Part shown: positions 7,276 to 13,882 of the stretch, one piece after another
How the letters are laid out: each line of letters opens with the position of its first letter
Numbering within the stretch: position 1 is the first letter of the stretch
DNA from: Candidatus Eiseniibacteriota bacterium
Lineage (GTDB): Bacteria; Eisenbacteria; RBG-16-71-46; SZUA-252
DNA: 13,882 nucleotides
NCBI GenBank assembly: GCA_031370645.1
Contig: JANMQV010000106.1
Location: 1 to 13,882 of the forward strand
Direction: 5' to 3'
Position numbers and translations under genes: made by a program
Notes under the pieces: model-generated
What the model saw: only the letters and a program-made list of their open reading frames with translations
Databases searched by the model: none
What the model was told of the DNA's origin: nothing

Positions 7276-8232
7276 CTACCTGGGGGCGCGCGCGCGGCGC
7301 GCGGGAGAGGCGTCGACGATTTCGCGAACCAGGTCCTCGTACGACATCCCGACTGCCGCCGCCGCCTTGGGGACGAGGCTCGTCTCGGTCATGCCGGGGA
7401 CCGTGTTCACTTCCAGGCAGTAGGGCGTGCCGTCGGTGGCGACGCGGAAATCGACGCGCGCCACGCCCTGGCAACGGAGGGAGCGATAGGCTTTGAGTCC
7501 GAGCGCGAGGAGTTTCTCGCTCTGCTCTTGCGGCAGCGCGGCCGGGCATTCGTAGCGGCTCGCGCCGGCGGTGTACTTGTGTTCGTAGTCGTAGAAGCCG
7601 CCCTCGGGAATGATCTCGATAACGGGGAGCGCGCGGCCGTTCAGCACGGTGACCGTCACTTCGCGCCCTTCGATGAAGCGCTCCACAAGAATGAGCCGGC
7701 CGTACTTCCGCGCCTCCTCCGCCGCGGCGGAGATTCCGTCCGGACTGTCCACGCGCGTCACGCCGAAGGTGGAGCCCTGATCGTTCGGCTTCACGATGAT
7801 CGGATAGCCGCCCAAGTGCTTGAGATCCGCGTCGGTGAGCCCGGGACGCCACTTCGTGATCTTGTCTTCGGGAGCCCACCACTCGCCCCAAGCCGGAGTC
7901 GGAATGTTCTCCTGGGCGAAGATTCGCTTCGACATCGCCTTGTCCATGGCGACCGCCGATGCGAGCATTCCGGAGCCGGTGTAGGGAATGCGCGCGAGGT
8001 CGAGAAAGCCCTGAAGCGTGCCGTTCTCGCCGTCGCCGCCATGGAGTGCGATGAAGACAAGGTCGGTGTCGTTGGGAATGGCGCGGAGGTAGAACTCGAC
8101 GCCGCCATCCTTCGTGTCGACGATGAGAACGTCGTGCCCCAGCGCCTGGAGCGCGCGTCCGGCGCCCGCCCCGGTCCGGAGCGAGACGTCCCGCTCGGTG
8201 GTGTTGCCGCCCATCACGACCACGACCTTCAT
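7276..8232 (-). CDS. ddl: D-alanine--D-alanine ligase
   Basis: MGG...ERDVSL, LHGGDGENG, PYTGSG, MDK, KPNDQGS, FYDYEHKY, RVDF, EVNTVPG. ATG 8232 preferred over 8238 because GGAGG (8244-8240) is 7 nt upstream. Confidence 0.96.
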   Translation of the reverse strand: MKVVVVMGGNTTERDVSLRTGAGAGRALQALGHDVLIVDTKDGGVEFYLRAIPNDTDLVFIALHGGDGENGTLQGFLDLARIPYTGSGMLASAVAMDKAMSKRIFAQENIPTPAWGEWWAPEDKITKWRPGLTDADLKHLGGYPIIVKPNDQGSTFGVTRVDSPDGISAAAEEARKYGRLILVERFIEGREVTVTVLNGRALPVIEIIPEGGFYDYEHKYTAGASRYECPAALPQEQSEKLLALGLKAYRSLRCQGVARVDFRVATDGTPYCLEVNTVPGMTETSLVPKAAAAVGMSYEDLVREIVDASPARRARAPR

Positions 8233-8269
8233 TGGCATTCCTCCCTGCTTAGGGCCGCCGCGGCCGCCC

Positions 8270-8767
8270 CTAGCGGGGCGCTTCCACGGAAGCGACGGCC
8301 ATGGCGGCGATCCCTTCGCCGCGGCCGAGCGTGCCGAGTTTCTCGTTCGTTGTTGCCTTCACCGAGACGCGCGATGGTTCGATGCCGAGCGCGTGCGCGA
8401 GATTCGCTTGCATGGCCTCGACGTGAGGCGCGATTTGCGGCTCCTCCGCGATGACGGTGGCGTCCACATTGACGATTCGCGCGCCGGCGCTGGCCACGAG
8501 CGCGCGGATTACTTCCAGCATCAGCATGCTCGACACGCCGCCCCACTCGGGGTCGCTATCGGGAAAGTGCTTCCCCAGATCGCCCAGCGCCAGCGCGCCG
8601 AGAACGGCGTCGCCGATCGCGTGCGCCAGGACGTCGCCGTCCGAGTGCGCGCGAAGACCGTACTCGTGGGCGATCGACACTCCGCCGAGCGTCAGCGGAA
8701 GGCCGCGCTCCAAGCGGTGAATGTCGTAGCCCGTGCCGATGCGGGTTTCTGTGGCTGGGCTGTTCAG
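8270..8767 (-). CDS. ispF: 2-C-methyl-D-erythritol 2,4-cyclodiphosphate synthase, probable CTG start
   Basis: RIGTGYDIHRL lies upstream of the ORF-track start (8713), followed by HSDGDV, GDLGKHFP, KATTNE. Start inferred at CTG 8767, overlapping the ispD TGA. Confidence 0.93.
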   Translation of the reverse strand: MNSPATETRIGTGYDIHRLERGLPLTLGGVSIAHEYGLRAHSDGDVLAHAIGDAVLGALALGDLGKHFPDSDPEWGGVSSMLMLEVIRALVASAGARIVNVDATVIAEEPQIAPHVEAMQANLAHALGIEPSRVSVKATTNEKLGTLGRGEGIAAMAVASVEAPR

Positions 8768-9549
8768 AGGCGCTCCGTGGCCGCTCCGGCCCGGAGCAGC
8801 GCGTTGAGAATGACGAGGTCGCTCGCGACAGTCAGTTTCCGGTTCCGTTCGTCGCCCGGAACGACCGTCACGACAACCCCCATCGCCTCGGCCAAACCCG
8901 CCTCATCTGTAGCCGCGGCAAGGGTCTCCCGCGCACGCGCGTGAGCCTTCCGAAGTATAACACTAGAGAAGATTTGCGGGGTTTGGGCGGCGACGAGATT
9001 CTCGCGCGCGACGGAGCGGGAGATGGTGGGGATCGCCGGGTCTTGGTGCGGGCCGGGCGCGACTTCCTTCACCGTGTCGGAGATCGGAAGCACCGGGATC
9101 GCCGCGCCTGATTCGCGAGCCGCATGGAGAACTCGCGATATGAGCGCGGCGTCGATCAGCACCCGGGCGACGTCGTGAACTCCGATGTAGGGGAGACCCT
9201 GGGTCAGCGCCTCGATGGCGAGCGCGACCGACTCCTGACGCGAGGATCCGCCGGGGATGAGTTTCATGCGCACTTTGCGTTGGTTCTTGATGTTGCCGAG
9301 GGCGAGCGAGGCAAGCGGTTCCAGTTCGCGCGGCACCGTGATAACGATCTCGCCGACAGCGGGATGTTTGAGGAATGTCTCCACGACCCGAACTAGCGCC
9401 GGGCGGCCGCCGACTTCGATAAGAAGTTTCGGCCCGAGGTCGCCCATACGTCGGCCTTCGCCGGCGCCGGCGAGGATGATCGCGAGGTCGGGGGCGGGGG
9501 CGACCGGGGCGGCGGGGGCAGCGGTTGGATCAGGGGCGGCCGGGGTCAC
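8764..9549 (-). CDS. ispD: 2-C-methyl-D-erythritol 4-phosphate cytidylyltransferase
   Basis: AGAGEGRRMG...PK, GGSSRQESV, HDVAR, AQTPQIF, TDEA, NRKLT. Adjacent to ispF. GTG start with SD GGGGAG. Confidence 0.93.
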   Translation of the reverse strand: MTPAAPDPTAAPAAPVAPAPDLAIILAGAGEGRRMGDLGPKLLIEVGGRPALVRVVETFLKHPAVGEIVITVPRELEPLASLALGNIKNQRKVRMKLIPGGSSRQESVALAIEALTQGLPYIGVHDVARVLIDAALISRVLHAARESGAAIPVLPISDTVKEVAPGPHQDPAIPTISRSVARENLVAAQTPQIFSSVILRKAHARARETLAAATDEAGLAEAMGVVVTVVPGDERNRKLTVASDLVILNALLRAGAATERL

Positions 9550-9552
9550 GCG

Positions 9553-10995
9553 TCACTCCCCGATGGCGAGGACGATCGCCTCAGCCAGCGTACCCGCAGG
9601 GCGGATCTTGAATTTCGCGTCGGAGGCCGGGAGGTCTTCGATCGCGCGCTTCGGAACGATGGCGGAACGGAAGCCGAGCCGTTTGGCTTCGGCGATGCGT
9701 CTGGCCAGTTGGGGGACGGCGCGGAGTTCGCCGCCGAGCCCGACCTCACCAACGGCAAGGAGATCGGGCGAAACCGGCTTGTCGCGGAACGAGGACGCGA
9801 GGGCCAGCGCAAGTCCGAGATCGGCCGCGGGCTCCTCGAGTTTGATTCCACCTGCGACGTTGACGAAGACATCGGCCCCCGCGAGCGAGAGCCCGGCGCG
9901 CTTCTGCAGCACCGCGATCACGACCGCGAGTCGCCGCGAGTCGATTCCCTGGGCAACGCGCTGGGGATTGGCGAAGTGAGTTGGGGCGACGAGCGCTTGG
10001 ACTTCAACTAGCAGCGGTCGCGTCCCCTCGATCGAGCCGACCACCACCGAGCCCGGCGATTGCTCACCGCGTTCGCGCAGAAGGCGTTCCGAGGGGTTAT
10101 CCACTTCGACCAGTCCATCCCCGCGCATCTCGAACACGCCAATCTCGTGCGTGGAGCCAAACCGATTCTTCGCCGCGCTGAGAATGCGGTAACCGTGGTG
10201 CCGATCTCCCTCGAGGTAGAGGACCGCATCGACCATGTGCTCCAAGGTGCGCGGTCCGGCGACGGCACCGTCCTTGGTGACGTGGCCGATGAGGAGAATC
10301 GGCAGCGAGCGGTCTTTTGCAAGGCGAAGCAAGCGGAGACCGCACTCGCGAACTTGAGAGACCGACCCCGGCGCCGCATCGAGATCGGGCGTGTAGAGCG
10401 TCTGGATGGAGTCAACGACGAGCAGCGCAGGATTCAGCTGCTCCACCTGCGCCACGATGGCATCGAGATCAACTTCAGCCTGAACAAAGATCGGCGAGTC
10501 CGGATCCTTGAGCGCGAGCCGCTCGGCGCGCATCTTCGTCTGCCGAGGTGATTCCTCGCCGGTGACGTAGAGCACCGTGCGGTTCTGCCGAGCGAGTGCG
10601 GCGGCAAGGCCAAGCGCGAGCGTGGACTTTCCAACACCGGGGTCACCGCCGATAAGCACGAGCGATCCAGGCACCAACCCGCCGCCGAGCACCCGATCCA
10701 ACTCGGTGATCCCCGAGCGCCACCGATCCTCAGCGCCCGTCTCGATAGCATCGAGTTTGACGGGAGCGGCCGCTTCCGCGCCGGAGTACCCAGCACGCGC
10801 GCCGCCTTTGGCAAGACCGCCCGACCGCCTCCCCGCAGAACCACCGGAACGAGCGATCCGATCAGTCGGCGCTTCAGCCGCAGTATTCCACGCACCGCAA
10901 GCGGGACACTTCCCAAACCACTTCGGGCTCTCGTTCCCGCACTCGGTGCAGAAGAAGGTGGCGCGCTCGGCGCTTGAGGTAGTTCGTTTCTTCAT
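9553..10995 (-). CDS. radA: DNA repair protein RadA/Sms
   Basis: C4 zinc finger CTECG...CPACGAWN, Walker A GDPGVGKST, VVDSIQT, KNRFG, Lon-like C-terminus (GEVGLGGELR). Confidence 0.98.
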   Translation of the reverse strand: MKKRTTSSAERATFFCTECGNESPKWFGKCPACGAWNTAAEAPTDRIARSGGSAGRRSGGLAKGGARAGYSGAEAAAPVKLDAIETGAEDRWRSGITELDRVLGGGLVPGSLVLIGGDPGVGKSTLALGLAAALARQNRTVLYVTGEESPRQTKMRAERLALKDPDSPIFVQAEVDLDAIVAQVEQLNPALLVVDSIQTLYTPDLDAAPGSVSQVRECGLRLLRLAKDRSLPILLIGHVTKDGAVAGPRTLEHMVDAVLYLEGDRHHGYRILSAAKNRFGSTHEIGVFEMRGDGLVEVDNPSERLLRERGEQSPGSVVVGSIEGTRPLLVEVQALVAPTHFANPQRVAQGIDSRRLAVVIAVLQKRAGLSLAGADVFVNVAGGIKLEEPAADLGLALALASSFRDKPVSPDLLAVGEVGLGGELRAVPQLARRIAEAKRLGFRSAIVPKRAIEDLPASDAKFKIRPAGTLAEAIVLAIGE

Positions 10996-11003
10996 GTCGG
11001 CTC

Positions 11004-11525
11004 TTACCTGAATCCGATCCTGCGATGACTCGGAACGGGGGTGGTACTCGCAAGCTCCCGCAGCGCCTGGATGATTGTGGTTATTTGACGGTCCTGATGT
11101 CCCAGGCGACCCTCGAGTTGATCCAGCCGCTTCGCGAGTTCTGGTGTCGCCCCGAGCGCCTGCCTCAATCTAACGAACGCTCTCACGACAAACACGCTCA
11201 CATCGACGGCTCGGCTCGTGTTGAGCACGCTCGCGGCCATCAGCGCGCCGTGCTCGGTAAACGCGGAGGGCAATGAGCTTGAGAAGCGAAGTCTGGAGAG
11301 GTGGTCGCATTTTGCGACCACCTCTCTCGTCTCACTTCTGGTGAGACGGAAGGCGAAGTCCTTGGGAAAGCGGCGCCGATTTCGCTTCATCTGTTCGTTC
11401 AATCGCTTCGTCGTGACTCCGTAGAACTCCGCCAGGTCCGCGTCGATTATGACCTTCTCTCCGCGGATGAGAAGAATCCGACCCTCGATCCGCCCTGCCT
11501 GGGATACTCCCGCCCTGCCCCCCAC
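11004..11525 (-). CDS. ORF6N-domain (KilA-N-like) DNA-binding protein
   Basis: IRGEKVIIDADLAEFYGVTTKRLNEQMKRNRRRFPKDFAFRLT...PSAFTEHG...SVLN...VRAFV, a coiled-coil tail and terminal RRIGF. GTG start with SD GGAGG. Confidence 0.9.
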   Translation of the reverse strand: MGGRAGVSQAGRIEGRILLIRGEKVIIDADLAEFYGVTTKRLNEQMKRNRRRFPKDFAFRLTRSETREVVAKCDHLSRLRFSSSLPSAFTEHGALMAASVLNTSRAVDVSVFVVRAFVRLRQALGATPELAKRLDQLEGRLGHQDRQITTIIQALRELASTTPVPSHRRIGFR

Positions 11526-11548
11526 GGCCCCCTCCCATCGTCCCCACC

Positions 11549-12448
11549 CTAGAACAACCCAATCTTCAAGTACCGCTTCGGATTCTTCCTAATGTCCTTC
11601 ACCAGATCGTTCGTATTCCTCAGCGTCTCACGCATCTCCATGTAGAGCGTCGAATCCTGAATCGCCTTCCCCAACGTCCCTTGCCCGGAATCCAACCTCG
11701 TCACCACGCGGTCCAACGAGGTCGCCGTCTTCGACAGCTGCTCGGACAGCGAACTCAATTGCCGCGACGCCGTCCCGAAATCCTTGATTGAGGAATTCAC
11801 CTCCGCCTCATTCGTCGAAGCGATGGAGTTCAGTTTCTTCGCCGCACTTCGGAAATCGCTCACCGCCGCCCGAAGATCGACCTCGTTTTCCTCTACGGTA
11901 TGGCTCAACCTCGAAGTCGCCTTTTCCATGCTCTTCGCGGCCTTCTCGATCGTCGCGGGATCCATGGCATCGAGCATCAAGTTCAATCGCGACGACAACT
12001 CGGTCGCCTCGGTGATCAAATCGCCTGCCCCGGAGATCACCTCCGGCACACCCGACTGGAACCGCCCGGGAATCGGCTTCTTTCCATCAAAAGCCCCGGG
12101 AGTCACGCCGGGATCCAGCGCCAGATATTTCTCCCCGAGGAATCCCTTGTTCGTCACCCGAAGCTCCACGTCCGGATGCAGGATCACGTCCCGCTGCATC
12201 TCGAACTCCACCCTCACCCCTTGGTCCTCGAGCAAGATGGCGGTGACGACGCCCTTCTTCACGCCGCGAACGGCGACAGGATCCCCTTCGGACAGCGACC
12301 CCACCTCCTCGAACTTCGAGAAGTAGGTCGTCTTCTTCTGCCCGAGGCGGTACTCCTTCAGCCAGACGACTCCTGCGATCATGGCGACGAGCGCCAGGAG
12401 TCCGGCGATTCCAACCTGGATAGCGGCGGCGCGAGACGTTTGGTTCAT
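11549..12448 (-). CDS. mlaD: MCE/MlaD-family protein with long helical C-terminal region
   Basis: N-terminal TM, MCE motif LSEGDPVAVRGVKKGVV...GFLGEKYLALDPG, then GTLGKAI...DIRKNPKRY. Start moved from 12571 to ATG 12448 (purine-rich SD, no overlap with mlaF), 299 aa. Confidence 0.88.
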   Translation of the reverse strand: MNQTSRAAAIQVGIAGLLALVAMIAGVVWLKEYRLGQKKTTYFSKFEEVGSLSEGDPVAVRGVKKGVVTAILLEDQGVRVEFEMQRDVILHPDVELRVTNKGFLGEKYLALDPGVTPGAFDGKKPIPGRFQSGVPEVISGAGDLITEATELSSRLNLMLDAMDPATIEKAAKSMEKATSRLSHTVEENEVDLRAAVSDFRSAAKKLNSIASTNEAEVNSSIKDFGTASRQLSSLSEQLSKTATSLDRVVTRLDSGQGTLGKAIQDSTLYMEMRETLRNTNDLVKDIRKNPKRYLKIGLF

Positions 12449-12458
12449 CCGTGTCCCT

Positions 12459-13265
12459 CTACGTCGGTTGGAGGGGTCCCTCGCTGCTCCCCTCGATGAA
12501 CTGCCGCACGATCGGATCCTTCGTTGCCTGGATCTCGGCCGGCGTACCCATCGCGTGGATGCGTCCCTCATGGAGCATCGCGATGCGGTCGGCGATATGA
12601 TAGGCGCTTCGCATGTCGTGCGTCACAGCGATCGACGTGATTTTCAGCCGCTGCTGCAATTGTCTGATCAGCCGGTTGATGACGTCCGAGGTGATCGGGT
12701 CGAGCCCGGTCGTCGGTTCGTCGTAGAGCATGATCTTCGGGTTCATGGCCAACGCCCGGGCCAGAGCGGCGCGCTTCTTCATGCCGCCCGACAGGGCGCT
12801 AGGTCGCAGCGATTCAGTCCCCGCCAGGCCCACCAGGGCCAGTTTCTCGGCCACCACGATCTCGATTTGGACTTCCGGCAAGGGCGTATGCTCGCGCAGC
12901 GCCAGGCCGACATTGTCGCCGATAGACATGGAGTCGAACAGGGCGCCGGCCTGGAAGAGCATCCCCATCCCTTCCCTCAATTCGAACAACTCCCGGTCCG
13001 CCAACCGCGTCACATCGAGCCCGTTCACGTGCACGCTGCCACGATCGGGGTCCATCAGGCCGATCGCGTGCTTCAGCAGCACCGACTTCCCCGTCCCGCT
13101 TCGCCCGATGATGACGAGCGACTCGCCGCGCCCCACAGACAAATTGACGCCGCGGAGCACATCCTTCTTCCCGAGCCGCTTCCAAACGTCGGAAAACTCG
13201 ATGGCGACGTTCGACACGAGTGCCGGGCCACCGTCGCGTCCGGGGACGGCCGCCAGATCAGGCAA
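12459..13265 (-). CDS. mlaF: MlaF/Mkl-family ABC transporter ATP-binding protein
   Basis: Walker A GRSGTGKS, FQAGALFDSM, signature LSGGMKKR, YDEPTTGLDP, VTHD. Start uncertain: TTG 13265 or GTG 13217. Confidence 0.92.
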   Translation of the reverse strand: MPDLAAVPGRDGGPALVSNVAIEFSDVWKRLGKKDVLRGVNLSVGRGESLVIIGRSGTGKSVLLKHAIGLMDPDRGSVHVNGLDVTRLADRELFELREGMGMLFQAGALFDSMSIGDNVGLALREHTPLPEVQIEIVVAEKLALVGLAGTESLRPSALSGGMKKRAALARALAMNPKIMLYDEPTTGLDPITSDVINRLIRQLQQRLKITSIAVTHDMRSAYHIADRIAMLHEGRIHAMGTPAEIQATKDPIVRQFIEGSSEGPLQPT

Positions 13266-13881
13266 AGAGCACCCGGAAGAGGAACGAAGCCAGGAGATAG
13301 TCGATGACCAGGATCAACACGCACGACGCCACCACCGCTTTCGTGGTCGCGAGCCCCACGCCTTCCGCCCCGCCCTCGCTCTTCAGACCGTAGAAGCAGC
13401 CCATCGTCGCGATGATCTGCCCGAAGAAGAAGGCCTTGATGAGGCCCGAGAAGACGTCGTGCATCTCGAAGTACATCCGAAGGCCGCTCGTGAACGTGTG
13501 CGACGTGATGCCGAGTGTCCCGACCGAGACGAGATAGCCACCGAAAATCGCGATGATGTCCGCGAAGACCGTGAGTACCGGAAGCATAATCGTGGCGGCG
13601 ATGAATCGCGGCACCACGAGGTAACGGATGGGGCTGATCCCCATCGTCTCCATGGCGTCCACCTGCTCGGTGACGCGCATGGTCCCGAGTTCGGCCGCGA
13701 CCGAAGCGCCGACCCGCCCTCCGACCACGATGGCGGTCAGCACGGGGCCGAGTTCGATCACGACCGACTTCCCGATCACCGTGCCGAGATAGACCATCGG
13801 CACGTAGTCGCGCATCTGGTAGGCGGCCTGCACGGCGGCGACAGCACCGGTGAAGAGGGCGACGATGAGCGTCAGGGGGAT
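13258..13881 (-). CDS. mlaE: MlaE-family ABC permease (start lies beyond the right edge)
   Basis: Frame open to the edge (IPLTLIVALFTGAVAAVQ...), with ELGPVLTA, AAELGTMRVTEQVDAM, YLVVPR, GGAEGVGLATTKAVV. Confidence 0.94.
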   Translation of the reverse strand: MPLTLIVALFTGAVAAVQAAYQMRDYVPMVYLGTVIGKSVVIELGPVLTAIVVGGRVGASVAAELGTMRVTEQVDAMETMGISPIRYLVVPRFIAATIMLPVLTVFADIIAIFGGYLVSVGTLGITSHTFTSGLRMYFEMHDVFSGLIKAFFFGQIIATMGCFYGLKSEGGAEGVGLATTKAVVASCVLILVIDYLLASFLFRVLFA

Positions 13882-13882
13882 G

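Noticed and set aside
7276..8232. Van-type (D-Ala-D-Lac/Ser) ligase reading of ddl
   Set aside because: The omega-loop Tyr is retained and there are no vanH/vanX/vanT-like neighbours.
5537..8454. Long plus-strand ORFs (415 aa and 644 aa) and similar ones at 1869-2576, 3533-4858, 8114-8944 and 12381-13307
   Set aside because: Antisense shadows of well-supported minus-strand genes. They are Arg/Gly/Ala-rich, have no recognisable motifs and are expected at high GC.
9485..9549. Pro/Ala-rich N-terminus of IspD, and the Gly-rich RadA linker near 10790-10860
   Set aside because: Low-complexity linkers are common in GC-rich genomes, and there is no regular DNA repeat unit.

Overview
GC-rich bacterial chromosome segment with every real gene on the minus strand. 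In transcription order (right to left): mlaE (5'-truncated), mlaF, mlaD, an ORF6N-domain gene, radA, ispD, ispF, ddl, an MscS-family channel, cysS, a membrane HAMP-GAF histidine kinase, an NtrC-family response regulator, tRNA-Thr(UGU), tRNA-Tyr(GUA), tRNA-Gly(UCC), tRNA-Thr(GGU) and the first 45 codons of tuf. It is mostly housekeeping, and I see no clearly new multi-gene system. The best leads are: (1) the NtrC-like regulator keeps its receiver and Fis-type HTH but has lost GAFTGA, the Walker A glycine and the arginine-finger residues, so it looks like a sigma54-independent pseudo-ATPase paired with an intact kinase; (2) the tRNA-Gly/tRNA-Thr spacer is ~400 bp and holds att-like 11-bp periodic repeats, an IHF-like site, a strong internal sigma70 promoter and a strand-specific leader hairpin; (3) ispF has no ATG/GTG/TTG start and appears to start at a CTG overlapping the ispD stop; (4) a phage-type ORF6N gene sits seamlessly in front of radA. 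All calls come from reading motifs by eye; no searches were run.
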